Positions 17,346-27,646 of a stretch of 64,000 bases of DNA are shown here, piece after piece. This DNA is from Roseibium aggregatum (GTDB lineage Bacteria; Pseudomonadota; Alphaproteobacteria; Rhizobiales; Stappiaceae): NCBI RefSeq assembly GCF_014692675.1, contig NZ_JABFCZ010000013.1, positions 1 to 64,000 on the forward strand, given 5' to 3'. The notes beneath the pieces were generated by a model, which was not told where the DNA came from, searched no databases, and worked only from the letters and a program-made list of their open reading frames with translations. How positions within the stretch are numbered: the first letter of the stretch is position 1; every line of letters begins with the position of its first letter. A program made the translations under genes and the position numbers.

Positions 17346-17376
17346 GTAACCCTTCGGGTGTCGGGTTCAACTCCCG
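17322..17376 (+). repeat. 15-bp direct repeat CGGGTTCAACTCCCG (tRNA T-arm segment) present twice, 25 bp apart
   Basis: Copies at 17322-17336 and 17362-17376. This resembles an att-site duplication of a tRNA 3' segment. Confidence 0.6.
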
Positions 17377-17725
17377 AATTGGCCTGTCACGCCAACAGCT
17401 TTAGGTGCTGTCTCAATTGCGGGATTTGAAGGGAGCTTGCGGAGGCAAGCCTGACCCGCTGCGTTCGCGCGGCCGGGAAAGCCTTGCCGATGCCCGGCGC
17501 TCCCGTCCGGCCTGTTGCAACGACCGCACCGCGGACTTGCCGAAACCGCCTGTTTTCGAACGGGCGCGCTCCGCCTGTCCGCCGCAACGTCCCCTTGCTT
17601 CCGGCCCGGCGCGGGCCCCGGTGCTCCCTTCGGATCTCCTGTGTCTGCGGCCCCGGGAATGAAACGAAACAGACAAACAGAAAGGACGACCAAAGTGCCT
17701 TAGCGCGATGGAAGGAGTAACGAAG

Positions 17726-18880
17726 ATGATGCGAATTCTCGAAAGGATCCTGGGCCGCACCCGCGTGCTGATCCAGGAAAACGAACGGGCCCTGCACCTT
17801 GTGAAGGGCGAACTGCGGACCATTCTGACGCCGGGGGAATACTCGCTGGCGAATGGCCAAGGTTCGCTTGTAATCGAGCGGCAGAACCTGGCAGTGCCCG
17901 AATTCCGCTCGCCCTATGAAAAGGCGCTCTTCGACAAGCTCCCCGAGGTTGCAGCTGAGCACCTGACGGTCGTCCGGACCAAGCCGGGCGAAGTGGCGGT
18001 CGTGGAACGCGACGGCCGCATCCACTCCGTCCTGGGCCCGGACCAGCGGCTGGTCCTGTGGACCGTCGCAGGTCCGTGGACGTCGACCGTGATCGACACG
18101 CAGGCGGAACCGGTCGTCCCGGCCGCCCTGATGCGTCGTCTGGGCGATGCCAGGCAGACGGCCCAGTTCGTCATCGTGCCGGTCGCCGACGGTCAGATCG
18201 CGCTCGTCTATATCGACGGTGTGATGACCGCCGTGCAGGAGCCGGGTGTCCACGCCTACTGGAAGGCGGGGCGGACGGTCACCCAGAAGGTGATCGACCT
18301 GAAGCGCCAGAGCCTGGACGTGACCGGCCAGGAAGTCCTGACCCTCGACCGGGTGACTATCCGGATCAACATCACCGCGGATTACCGCGTGGTCGATCCG
18401 GTGAAGGCCGCCCACGATGTGAAGGACTTCTCCGACGCGCTCTACCGGGCGCTGCAGGTCGCCTACCGCCGGACCCTCGGCGCCATGAAGCTTGACCAGA
18501 TCCTGGAACGCAAGGGCGAGGTCAACGCGGAAGCCGCCGACAAGGTCCGCGCCGACATGGCGAAGATCGGGCTTGAGGTCTCCGACATCACCCTGAAGGA
18601 CGTGATCCTGCCGGGCGAAATGCGCGAGATCCTCAACATGGTGGTGCAGGCTGAAAAGGAAGCCGAAGCCAACGTGATCCGGCGCCGCGAGGAAACGAAC
18701 GCCACCCGTTCGCTTCTGAACACCGCCAAGGTCATGGCCGAAAACCCGGTCATGCTGCGGCTGAAGGAGCTGGAAGCGCTCGAAGCCATCGCCGGCAAGG
18801 TGGACCGCCTGACGGTCCACAACGGCACCGGCGGCCTGATGCACGACCTCGTCCGCCTGCGCGACGGGGACGCGGCATAA
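17726..18880 (+). CDS. SPFH/band-7 (slipin-like) domain protein with an N-terminal extension of about 200 aa
   Basis: C-terminal SPFH region VLTLDRVTIRINITADYRVVDPVKAAHDVKDF...EILNMVVQAEKEAEANVIRRREE. Confidence 0.7.
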   Translation: MMRILERILGRTRVLIQENERALHLVKGELRTILTPGEYSLANGQGSLVIERQNLAVPEFRSPYEKALFDKLPEVAAEHLTVVRTKPGEVAVVERDGRIHSVLGPDQRLVLWTVAGPWTSTVIDTQAEPVVPAALMRRLGDARQTAQFVIVPVADGQIALVYIDGVMTAVQEPGVHAYWKAGRTVTQKVIDLKRQSLDVTGQEVLTLDRVTIRINITADYRVVDPVKAAHDVKDFSDALYRALQVAYRRTLGAMKLDQILERKGEVNAEAADKVRADMAKIGLEVSDITLKDVILPGEMREILNMVVQAEKEAEANVIRRREETNATRSLLNTAKVMAENPVMLRLKELEALEAIAGKVDRLTVHNGTGGLMHDLVRLRDGDAA

Positions 18881-18895
18881 GGCCTGACAACACCA

Positions 18896-18930
18896 GCGGC
18901 GCGGGGACTACTCCTCGCGCCGTTTTCTTT
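18896..18930 (+). terminator. Rho-independent terminator after the SPFH gene
   Basis: GCGCGGGGA-CTA-CTCCTCGCGC stem followed by CGTTTTCTTT. Confidence 0.6.
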
Positions 18931-18936
18931 GGCTGG

Positions 18937-20160
18937 TTAAAAGCTCGGAAGCCCGCGCGCCTGCCACTTGGTCGGCGGGATCGGCGGGCCGATCCGGAAC
19001 GAGAATTTCACAACCCGCGTGACTTCCTTGTCCGTCTCGCAACGGAAATTAAGGTCGTACCAATCGCCACGCGACCCATAGGCGGCCTGCCCTGGTTCCA
19101 GCACATTGCCTCCCCGTGGCCGGAACGAGGGCAGCATTTCCGGCGGGCGAGCCGGATCCCAATCGGTTAACTGGGCACGCAATTCGGTCATGCACAGGAG
19201 ATTCAGCCTCTGCCCGGGAGGCATGCCGGCCATAGCCGTCCGTGCCCGGGTACCGCCCAGGATCGAATCGGAAAACAGCTGCCTTGCCTCCGCCAACCTG
19301 GGAGACTGGCGTCCTGAATTCCCGCTGCCGCTTGCGGGATTTGCAGCGGCATTGGAAGCGTTTCGTGCCGCCGGCCGTTGCGCGGGCTTCGGTGCGGGCA
19401 GAGCCGCAGTCACGATCGGCCCGACCGTACCGAAATCCTCTGTCGGCGCCTCGGTTTCGGCGATTGCTTCCGGGGCCGGCGCTTCCGCTACAGCAGCTTC
19501 GGGCGGCTGATCCGGCTGGACTTGCTCGGGTGGCTGCTCATCCGGTTTCGGTTGCTCCGCCTGCTTCTGCTCCGGCTGGGTTTCTTCCGGTTGTTCTTGC
19601 TCCGGCTTTGGTGGCTCCTGCACATCAGCCGTTTCGTCCGGCGGGGCCTGCGAATCCTGGGTGTCCGCGTTCTGGGGGTCTTCGGGCTTTCCGGCATCTT
19701 CCGCCGTCGGGGCCGGATCTGCCGGCTTTTCCTCTGGCTGGTCGGACTTGACCGCGTCTTCCGCCGCCGTTCCATCCAGGGCCTTGCGCGGTCCGCTGTC
19801 GGTGTCTCCGAACTCGACGACCGGCTGCATCACCTTCGGCGTCACCTGCGGCTCGACCGGCTTTTCTTCCAACTGCGGCGGTGGCGGCGGCGGTGGCGGA
19901 GGAGCCTCGGCCTTGGGCGCATCCTGCTGCTTTTCGTCCGGCTTCTTGTCGTCCGGCTCCGGCTTTTTCAATTCCGGCGGCGCCACCAGTTCCACGTCGA
20001 TCGGATCCACATGAGGTGTGTCGAATTGCCGGACCACACCGCCGATCAGGGCTGCTGCGACAAGGGTGTGCAGCAGCAGGGAGACGGCAAGTTCCCCGCT
20101 GAAAAACCAACGGTTCGTGCGCCGTGTCCTGTCCATCGGCCCTTCATCGGCCGGTATCAT
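18937..20160 (-). CDS. Proline/glutamate/lysine-rich membrane-anchored protein (TonB/TolA-like low-complexity linker with a globular C-terminal domain). The start is uncertain; the listed ORF extends to 20238.
   Basis: N-terminal TM (LAVSLLLHTLVAAALIGGVV), then a PPPPPPPPP and PE/PK-rich region, then a C-terminal globular part (WYDLNFRCETDKEVTRVVKFSFRI). Confidence 0.5.
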   Translation of the reverse strand: MIPADEGPMDRTRRTNRWFFSGELAVSLLLHTLVAAALIGGVVRQFDTPHVDPIDVELVAPPELKKPEPDDKKPDEKQQDAPKAEAPPPPPPPPPQLEEKPVEPQVTPKVMQPVVEFGDTDSGPRKALDGTAAEDAVKSDQPEEKPADPAPTAEDAGKPEDPQNADTQDSQAPPDETADVQEPPKPEQEQPEETQPEQKQAEQPKPDEQPPEQVQPDQPPEAAVAEAPAPEAIAETEAPTEDFGTVGPIVTAALPAPKPAQRPAARNASNAAANPASGSGNSGRQSPRLAEARQLFSDSILGGTRARTAMAGMPPGQRLNLLCMTELRAQLTDWDPARPPEMLPSFRPRGGNVLEPGQAAYGSRGDWYDLNFRCETDKEVTRVVKFSFRIGPPIPPTKWQARGLPSF

Positions 20161-20376
20161 CGTCAGGGCGGGGGCATCGGATGCCAAGGTCCGGTCACCT
20201 TTTGTTATCTGCAGTGCAATCGGGAAGCGTTCCGGCATCGACCGTCAATTCCGAACCTAGGTAGCTTGAGTCGCCCCTTTCAATAGATACAAACAAAAAA
20301 CCCGGCGTTACCAAGGCAGGGTCCGATTTTCCGGGACAAGGACCGCGAATTGCCGAATGCGATCGCCGGGCGGGAC

Positions 20377-20982
20377 TTAATGGTCGTCAGTTTCGTCGAC
20401 AATCGAAATTTCGTTGTAGAATAGGCCCTGCGCCGTTCCCCATCCCCCAAGAGCAACTTTCATCCCGGGGCGCAGTCGAGAACGGAAACTTTCCCCGACA
20501 CCGCACACATCTCCCCCATACCATGGCATGGACTTGAGCGTCACCTTGGACTGGCAATATCGACTGTTGGATGCGGTTGGATCGCGCACCTCATAGGTCA
20601 ACTCAATATGGCCTCCGGCAACGACAGCCAGGGTCATCGGGATTGTAAAAACGACAAACATGTTTGCAGTCGTGCCAAACAGAACTGGCCCAAATATCAA
20701 AAAAAGCATCCATTTCAATGGATGCTTGCTGCGATCCAGCCCGCTGTTTTTCCGCCTTTCAAAAAAATCCGTGGCAAGCGTCAAATAAAATATGTAAGCC
20801 CCGGCACCCAGACCGAATAGTATTCGCAATGGGGACGAGGCTTCATAGTATTCGACTGAAGGTGAGAAGGGGTATCCGAATATTTGAGAAAATATCGGGA
20901 TCCCTCCCCCTCCTAAAAAGACGACAAGCACAAGGAAGGCTATGGGCTTTTCAAATCGCTGATCCAGCCGCTCTTCCGCCAA
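20377..20982 (-). CDS. Hypothetical integral membrane protein encoded in a low-GC patch (~50% GC)
   Basis: 201-aa ORF with 4 hydrophobic segments. AT-rich codon usage contrasts with the neighbouring rpoD. Confidence 0.45.
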   Translation of the reverse strand: MAEERLDQRFEKPIAFLVLVVFLGGGGIPIFSQIFGYPFSPSVEYYEASSPLRILFGLGAGAYIFYLTLATDFFERRKNSGLDRSKHPLKWMLFLIFGPVLFGTTANMFVVFTIPMTLAVVAGGHIELTYEVRDPTASNSRYCQSKVTLKSMPWYGGDVCGVGESFRSRLRPGMKVALGGWGTAQGLFYNEISIVDETDDH

Positions 20983-20995
20983 GCGAACCTGTCCC

Positions 20996-23020
20996 TTAGC
21001 TGTCCAGGAAGCTCCTGAGTTTCCGCGACCGGCTCGGGTGCTTCAGCTTGCGCAGTGCCTTTGCCTCGATCTGGCGGATACGCTCGCGGGTCACCGAGAA
21101 CTGCTGGCCGACTTCTTCCAGCGTGTGGTCGGTGTTCATGCCGATACCGAAGCGCATTCTGAGCACGCGTTCCTCGCGCGGCGTCAGCGACGCCAGCACG
21201 CGGGTCGTGGTCTCGCGCAGGTTCGACTGGATCGCCGCATCGATCGGCAGGACCGCGTTCTTGTCCTCGATGAAATCGCCCAGGTGCGAATCTTCCTCGT
21301 CCCCGATCGGGGTTTCGAGCGAGATCGGCTCCTTGGCGATCTTCAGGACCTTGCGCACCTTTTCCAGCGGCATCTGGAGCTTTTCGGCCAGTTCTTCCGG
21401 GGTGGGCTCGCGGCCGATCTCGTGCAGCATCTGGCGCGAGGTCCGAACGATCTTGTTGATCGTCTCGATCATGTGCACCGGAATACGGATCGTGCGGGCC
21501 TGATCGGCGATCGAGCGGGTAATCGCCTGCCGGATCCACCACGTGGCGTAGGTGGAGAACTTGTAGCCGCGGCGGTACTCGAACTTGTCGACCGCCTTCA
21601 TCAGGCCGATGTTGCCTTCCTGGATCAGGTCCAGGAACTGCAGGCCGCGGTTGGTGTATTTCTTGGCGATGGAAATCACGAGACGCAGGTTCGCCTCGAC
21701 CATTTCCTTCTTGGCGATGCGCGCTTCGCGCTCGCCCTTCTGCACCATGGCGACGATGCGGCGGAATTCGGTGATTTCGAGACCGGTTTCGGTCGCCAGC
21801 GTCTGGATCTCCTGACGCAGCTCGCGAATGGTTTCCTTTTCCTTGGCGATGAAGTTCTTCCACCCGCGGGTGGACAGGTTCGCCACCTTGCGCAGCCAGT
21901 TCGGGTCGAGTTCCGCGCCCTGGTACTGTTTCAGGAAGTCCGTCCGGTCGACGTTGTAGCTGTCGGCCAGGCGCAGCAGGCGGCCTTCGTAGCCCATCAG
22001 CCGCTTGTTGATGTCGTAGAGCTGGGCAACCAGGGCGTCGATACGGTTCTGGTTGAGCGACAGGCTCTTCACGTCGATGACGATTTCTTCCTTCAGCTTC
22101 TTGTAGCGCCGCTCCTGGGACGGAGACAGCGTCCGGTTGGCCAGCTTGTTTTCAACCAGCTGGTCCTGCAGGCGGCGCAGCTTCTTGTAGCTGTCGGCAA
22201 CCCGGTCGAAGGTTTCCAGAACGGCGGGCTTCAGTTCCGCTTCCATCGCGGAAAGCGACACGTTGGCTTCGAACTCGTCATCGTCCTCGCCGTCATCACC
22301 CTCGCCCTCGCCTTCGGATTCCGTTTCCTCGTCGGCGCCGCCCTTGGATTCGGGAGCGGCCTTGACGGAGGGAGACTCTTCATCCTCGCCGGGCTCTTCG
22401 TCGTCGTTCGCGCTGGCGGGGCCCGCCTTGGCGTCCGGACCGGCATAGGTCGCTTCCAGGTCGATGATGTCGCGCAGGAGCACCTTGCCTTCGTTCAGTT
22501 CGTCGCGCCAGATGATGATCGCCTGGAAGGTCAGCGGGCTTTCGCACAGGCCTGCGATCATCGCCTCGCGGCCGGCCTCGATGCGCTTGGCAATCGCGAT
22601 TTCGCCCTCGCGCGAAAGAAGCTCCACCGATCCCATCTCGCGCAGATACATGCGCACGGGGTCGTCGGTCCGGTCGGCGGGCTCCTTGGTCGTGGTCGTC
22701 TTGGCGACCGCGCCGGAGCTTGCAGCAACCAGATCGCCGCCGCCGTCGATGTCTTCAGCGGCCGCGTCGTCGACTTCGTCCGAATCGATCACGTTGATGC
22801 CCATGTCGGACAACATCGACATGGTGTCTTCGATCTTTTCGGAAGAAACCTGTTCGGAGGGCAGGACTTCGTTCAGCTCGTCATAGGTAACATAGCCGCG
22901 CTTTTTCGCGGCCTTGATCATCTTCTTGACTGCGGCATCCGACAGGTCGAGCAAGGGGCCGTCCGGGCCTTCTGCGCTGGTTTCCTGCGTGTCGTCTGCT
23001 TGTGTCGCCTTAGCTACCAT
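20996..23020 (-). CDS. rpoD: RNA polymerase primary sigma factor sigma-70
   Basis: Regions 1.1 (acidic), 2 ([66 protein letters not shown]) and 4 ([29 protein letters not shown]). Confidence 0.97.
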   Translation of the reverse strand: MVAKATQADDTQETSAEGPDGPLLDLSDAAVKKMIKAAKKRGYVTYDELNEVLPSEQVSSEKIEDTMSMLSDMGINVIDSDEVDDAAAEDIDGGGDLVAASSGAVAKTTTTKEPADRTDDPVRMYLREMGSVELLSREGEIAIAKRIEAGREAMIAGLCESPLTFQAIIIWRDELNEGKVLLRDIIDLEATYAGPDAKAGPASANDDEEPGEDEESPSVKAAPESKGGADEETESEGEGEGDDGEDDDEFEANVSLSAMEAELKPAVLETFDRVADSYKKLRRLQDQLVENKLANRTLSPSQERRYKKLKEEIVIDVKSLSLNQNRIDALVAQLYDINKRLMGYEGRLLRLADSYNVDRTDFLKQYQGAELDPNWLRKVANLSTRGWKNFIAKEKETIRELRQEIQTLATETGLEITEFRRIVAMVQKGEREARIAKKEMVEANLRLVISIAKKYTNRGLQFLDLIQEGNIGLMKAVDKFEYRRGYKFSTYATWWIRQAITRSIADQARTIRIPVHMIETINKIVRTSRQMLHEIGREPTPEELAEKLQMPLEKVRKVLKIAKEPISLETPIGDEEDSHLGDFIEDKNAVLPIDAAIQSNLRETTTRVLASLTPREERVLRMRFGIGMNTDHTLEEVGQQFSVTRERIRQIEAKALRKLKHPSRSRKLRSFLDS

Positions 23021-23442
23021 ATTTTGCTCCAGAACCGCGGCCCGTTGAGAAAGGCCGCGCCGCGCCCAAAATCTGTTTACTCCGACCCGACAACCGGCGC
23101 GCCAGCGTCAAGACTGCGCAGCCCATTGCATTGGTTTATCGAATCGGGTTGTAAACCGTGTCCCTTAAGTCCCAATTAACCGTGGCGTCGAACGGGGCTA
23201 AAAAAACCTGTCGCGAAACCACGAGCGTAACGCTCGGGCAAATGACGTCGCACTTGCCACAAGGCGTCCGATACGGGTTGTTGCAGCCTTTTCGAGAATG
23301 ATTGCCCGGGGCTTCGTGCCATACCGCGGCGTTTTTTGCTGCAGATGTTGTATTTAGCTCGGTGTTTCCGATTCGCAAGTGTGATTCGCTGCAGGTCAAT
23401 CAAATTCAGCTAAAAAAATGCGCTTTTGTGAAGATTTAGCCC

Positions 23443-25401
23443 CTACCCGGCGCCGACGGCGACGGAAACGGGCTCCGGAACGGACATCGGCGTCGCCTTG
23501 ATCTTCTTTGCCCTCTCGGCGAGTTCGGCCTCTTCGCGCACGCATTCCTCGCGCCGGCGGCTCAGATCCTGGGTCACGGCGCGGATGCGGTTCCAGGCAT
23601 CTTCATCCAGCTCGTTTTCGCTTGAGGCCATCTCCATCTCGAGTTCGTTTTCCAGGGTGCGCAGTTCGAGCACATCCAGAAAATGCAGGAAGACGGCCTC
23701 GACAAAATCCTCCGGCGGATGGTTACGCAGGAGCGGGAAGCGCTGGATGAGCGCGGAAAAGGCCCCGCCCTTTCGTTCCTGCAGGCCGGCCGAACGATCG
23801 GCGATCATTTCCGCCAGAAGCTGTTGCAGGGGCTCATCGGCAGAGGCAGCGAGCTCCGTCACCGGCGCACCGTCCCGGTCATCGGCGATCCGGCACAGGG
23901 CATCGCGAAAACGCCGGTGGAGATCGTCGGAGAACCAGAGGCTTGCGATCCGCTCCAGATGGCGGTCGAGCAACTGCGGATAGCGCACGCACAGCCCGCA
24001 AACCAGGCGCTCGGTTCCGAAAAGCGGCGTATCGGGGGCATCGACCCGGGCCGGGGCGGCTCCGGTATAGCTTGCGAAACCGTCCTTGTTCCTGTCTCCG
24101 CGCCGTTGCCGGGACAGTTCGAAAAACAGATTGGACAGCTTGAGCTTGATGTCGAGCTGATAGCGCCGCCGGACCCTCTGGTCGCGGATGGTCTCGATCA
24201 GATCGTCGAAGCGCTTTTCAAGGGCTGCCTTGCGTTCCGGCGTATCCAGCCTGGCAAGGGAAATCTCCCGCTCCCAGACGGCATCGAACAGGGGCTGCGC
24301 CCGTTCGATCTCGGCCTCGAAACCTGCAAGGCCGCGCTCCCTGATCAGGTCGTCCGGGTCCATGCCGTCCGGCAGGAACGAGAACTGGAACGAGTAGCCG
24401 CTTCTCAGAACGGGCAGGATCCGGTCGATTGCCCGGTGCGCGGCCGCGACACCGGCGACATCGCCGTCGAAGCAGACAACCGGCTCGGCCGCGAATTTCC
24501 ACAGCCGCATCACCTGGTCTTCGGTGAAGGCCGTGCCGAGCGTGGCAACCACATGCTTCACACCGGCCTGCCACAGCGCAATGGCATCGAGATAGCCTTC
24601 CACCACGACCGCCTGGCCGGACTTGAAGGCCGGCTCGCGCGCCCGGTGGGCGTTGAACAGCATGACGCCCTTGTGGAACAGCGGCGTCTCCGGCGAGTTC
24701 AGGTATTTCGGCTGGCCGTCCGGATCGAGCGTCCGGCCGCCGAAGGCGACGACCCGGCCCCGCTCGTCCTGGATCGGGATCATCAGCCGGCCGCGGAACC
24801 GGTCATAGGTAGGACGGCCGTCATCGGGCCGGATGATCAGGCCGGCCTCGACCATCATCTCTTCCGGCACGCCCTTGCCGGTCAGATAGCGCTTGAGCGA
24901 GTCCCTGCTGTCCGGCGCATAACCGAAGCGGAATTCCCTTAAGGTTTCCTGCGTGAAGCCGCGCTTCAGAGCGTAGCCCCGTGCCGTTTCACCCCTCGAG
25001 GTGGCAAATTCCGCCTGGAAGAACTGCGCGGCCATTTCGCAAACGTCCGCAAGGCTGGCGCGTTGCTTTTCCCGGCGCGCAGCCTGCGGATCGGGCGCGG
25101 GCAAGGCCACGCCGGCCTGTTCGGCAAGCCGCTCCACGGCTTCGGGAAAGCTCAGCCCTTCCGTTTCCGTCAGAAAGCGGAAATGATCTCCTGACGCACC
25201 GCAGCCGAAGCATTTGTAGCGGTTGCGCCGGTCGTCCACGTGGAAACTCGGGGATTTTTCCTGATGGAACGGACAGCAGGCCCAGTAATCGCCCTTGCCC
25301 GGCTGGGTCTTGCGCCTGTCCCAGGTCACCCGACGGCCGACCAGATCGGACAGGGTGATCCGGGCCCTTATTTCATCGAGTAGCCGATTGTCGAAGCGCA
25401 T
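23443..25401 (-). CDS. dnaG: DNA primase
   Basis: Zinc-ribbon CCPFHQEKSPSFHV...YKCFGCGASGD, a TOPRIM domain, and the conserved dnaG-rpoD operon arrangement. Confidence 0.95.
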   Translation of the reverse strand: MRFDNRLLDEIRARITLSDLVGRRVTWDRRKTQPGKGDYWACCPFHQEKSPSFHVDDRRNRYKCFGCGASGDHFRFLTETEGLSFPEAVERLAEQAGVALPAPDPQAARREKQRASLADVCEMAAQFFQAEFATSRGETARGYALKRGFTQETLREFRFGYAPDSRDSLKRYLTGKGVPEEMMVEAGLIIRPDDGRPTYDRFRGRLMIPIQDERGRVVAFGGRTLDPDGQPKYLNSPETPLFHKGVMLFNAHRAREPAFKSGQAVVVEGYLDAIALWQAGVKHVVATLGTAFTEDQVMRLWKFAAEPVVCFDGDVAGVAAAHRAIDRILPVLRSGYSFQFSFLPDGMDPDDLIRERGLAGFEAEIERAQPLFDAVWEREISLARLDTPERKAALEKRFDDLIETIRDQRVRRRYQLDIKLKLSNLFFELSRQRRGDRNKDGFASYTGAAPARVDAPDTPLFGTERLVCGLCVRYPQLLDRHLERIASLWFSDDLHRRFRDALCRIADDRDGAPVTELAASADEPLQQLLAEMIADRSAGLQERKGGAFSALIQRFPLLRNHPPEDFVEAVFLHFLDVLELRTLENELEMEMASSENELDEDAWNRIRAVTQDLSRRREECVREEAELAERAKKIKATPMSVPEPVSVAVGAG

Positions 25402-25587
25402 GAATTCTGCCGAACCGAGCCTGACTTTACACCAGACGCACACATTATCAGATAGTCCGGCGATATCCGGACAGCAAAGAGCGAAGATAAGAATAAATTG
25501 CGGCCAGAGCGAGTCACTCCGCCCGCATACGGATCCCTGTGGCTAACCTGGGCATAACTCCGGGGCCTGGAACGCTGGAGCAGCCCG

Positions 25588-26091
25588 TCACCCGCCTTCA
25601 CCGGCCTTCTTGGGCGGCGTATCCACGTTTTTCGGCCCGTCGGAGCGCAGCAGGTCCTTGACCACGCAGGAGGCCTGAACGAAATCCATCTTCCCCGGAT
25701 AGCGGGCCTTCAGTTCCGACATGCACCGGCCGATATCCCTCAGGCCATGGGCATTGATGTCGCGCACGGTTTCCTCGCAGATCGACCGGATCTCTGCTTC
25801 GTCCAGCTTCTGCGGCAGGAATTCCCGGATGATCTCGCCTTCCGCGCGTTCCTGCTCGGCCAGATCCAGCTGTCCGCTTTCCTCGAATTCCTGCGCGGAC
25901 ACCTCGCGCTGGCGGACCATTTTTTCCAGGATATCGATGACGTCGTCTTCCGTCACGCCGTCCCGGCCGCTTTCGCGCGCCGCGACATCCCGGTCCTTCA
26001 GGGCCGTCTGAATCAGGCGCAAGGTGGCGATACGGCGCTTTTCGCCCGCCTCCTGTGCCTGCTTGAGTGCGATCGTTATTTTTTCGCGCAT
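25588..26091 (-). CDS. GatB/YqeY domain protein
   Basis: Motifs ALKQAQEAGEKRRIATLRLIQTALKDRD...ILEKMVRQREVSAQEFEESG. Lies upstream of dnaG, as in many alphaproteobacteria. Confidence 0.85.
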   Translation of the reverse strand: MREKITIALKQAQEAGEKRRIATLRLIQTALKDRDVAARESGRDGVTEDDVIDILEKMVRQREVSAQEFEESGQLDLAEQERAEGEIIREFLPQKLDEAEIRSICEETVRDINAHGLRDIGRCMSELKARYPGKMDFVQASCVVKDLLRSDGPKNVDTPPKKAGEGG

Positions 26092-26333
26092 GCTTTTTCA
26101 CTGCCCCCGCGGCTGCGGCAAACTTTAGTGCGCCCCAAGTCCGCCTTCAACCCATATCAAAGCAAGTTATTGAAAGATATAGCCTTTTTTTCACAGGAAC
26201 TCTGTTGACGATCGAGATAGCTTCCCATAGAGTCCCGCGCTTAATGCAGATGGCAATCTGACGGGCCCCGGCCCGCGCGCTCACGCCCTTCCTGCAGCGC
26301 ATGATGTCACCAACAACACCTGGAACGCAAGAC

Positions 26334-27518
26334 ATGACGACTGCAGACGCATGGTCCATAAAGCCGGCGACAGCCCTACTCGTACTTGCCGACGGCAGCG
26401 TGATCGAGGGTGAAGGCCTTGGCGCAACCGGCGACGCGGTTGGCGAAATCTGTTTCAACACCGCAATGACCGGCTACGAAGAGATCCTGACCGACCCTTC
26501 CTACGCCGGCCAGATCATCACCTTCACCTTTCCCCATATCGGCAACGTCGGCACCAACGAAGAAGACATCGAAACGGTCAACATGGCCGCCGACAGCGGT
26601 ATTCGCGGCTGTGTGGTGAACGCCAGCGTGACCGATCCGTCCAACTATCGCGCCTCCCGGCGCCTGGACCAGTGGCTCAAGTCCCGCGGCATCATCGGCA
26701 TCAGCGGTATCGACACCCGGGCCCTGACCGCCCTGATCCGTGAAAAAGGCGTGCCGAACGCGGTGATCGCCTATTCGCCGGACGGCAAGTTCGATCTGGA
26801 TGCCCTGAAGAAGAAGGCCGCGGAGTGGCCCGGCCTTGAAGGCATGGACCTTGCCAAGGACGTCTCCACGACGCAGACCCACCACTGGGACGAAACCACC
26901 TGGAAGTGGGACGCAGGCTACGGCAAGGCCGGCGCGGCCGAATTCAAGGTGGTCGCGCTCGACTTCGGCATCAAGCGCAATATCCTGCGCCTGCTGACGG
27001 AAGCCGGCTGCGATGTCACCGTGCTGCCGGCAACGGCGACGGCTGAAGAAGTCCTGGCGCATCAGCCGGACGGTGTTTTCCTGTCCAACGGACCGGGCGA
27101 TCCGGCTGCAACCGGCGAATACGCGACGGCAACGATCAAGGCGCTCATCGAGCGCGGCATTCCCGTCTTCGGGATCTGCCTCGGTCACCAGATGCTGGCC
27201 CTGGCCCTTGGCGGCAGGACTGTGAAGATGCATCAGGGCCACCACGGCGCCAATCACCCGGTGCACGATCACACCACGGGCAAGGTGGAAATCACCTCCA
27301 TGAACCATGGCTTCGCGGTCGATGCCAAGAGCCTGCCGGACAGCGTGGAAGAAACCCACGTGTCCCTTTTCGACGGGTCCAACTGCGGTATCCGCCTGAA
27401 GGGCAAGCCGGTGTTCTCCGTTCAGTATCACCCGGAGGCCTCGCCGGGTCCCCGCGACAGCCATTATCTGTTCAAGCGCTTCACCGATTTCATGCGGGAA
27501 ACGAAAAAGGCGGCCTGA
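26334..27518 (+). CDS. carA: Carbamoyl-phosphate synthase small (glutaminase) subunit
   Basis: GATase active site GICLGHQMLALALGG and an N-terminal CPSase small-chain domain. Confidence 0.95.
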   Translation: MTTADAWSIKPATALLVLADGSVIEGEGLGATGDAVGEICFNTAMTGYEEILTDPSYAGQIITFTFPHIGNVGTNEEDIETVNMAADSGIRGCVVNASVTDPSNYRASRRLDQWLKSRGIIGISGIDTRALTALIREKGVPNAVIAYSPDGKFDLDALKKKAAEWPGLEGMDLAKDVSTTQTHHWDETTWKWDAGYGKAGAAEFKVVALDFGIKRNILRLLTEAGCDVTVLPATATAEEVLAHQPDGVFLSNGPGDPAATGEYATATIKALIERGIPVFGICLGHQMLALALGGRTVKMHQGHHGANHPVHDHTTGKVEITSMNHGFAVDAKSLPDSVEETHVSLFDGSNCGIRLKGKPVFSVQYHPEASPGPRDSHYLFKRFTDFMRETKKAA

Positions 27519-27559
27519 CCGGCCGGCACTCAAAACAAATTGGCGCGAAAACAAAAAAT

Positions 27560-27587
27560 GGCCCGGAAGCATCCGGGCCTTTTTTTG
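27560..27587. terminator. Bidirectional rho-independent terminator between carA (+) and the MerR gene (-)
   Basis: GGCCCGGA-AGCAT-CCGGGCC stem flanked by an A-run upstream and TTTTTTT downstream. Confidence 0.75.
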
Positions 27588-27646
27588 TCGACAAAGCGTG
27601 CCGATTCGTCCCTGCGCCGGAGAAAGCAGACGCAGTACGAATGCCG

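Noticed and set aside
17387-18844. 485-aa ORF on the - strand
   Set aside because: Antisense to the SPFH gene.
19378-20286. 302-aa Arg/Leu-rich ORF on the + strand
   Set aside because: Antisense to the proline-rich gene (GGC/CCG complement).
21038-23179. 713-aa ORF on the + strand
   Set aside because: Antisense to rpoD. Its composition (poly-Leu/Arg/Gly/Asp) is typical of a complementary-strand artefact.
25598-26101. 167-aa alternative-frame ORF overlapping the gatB/yqeY-domain gene
   Set aside because: Arg/Gly-rich shadow frame. The 25588-26091 frame carries the conserved GatB/YqeY residues.
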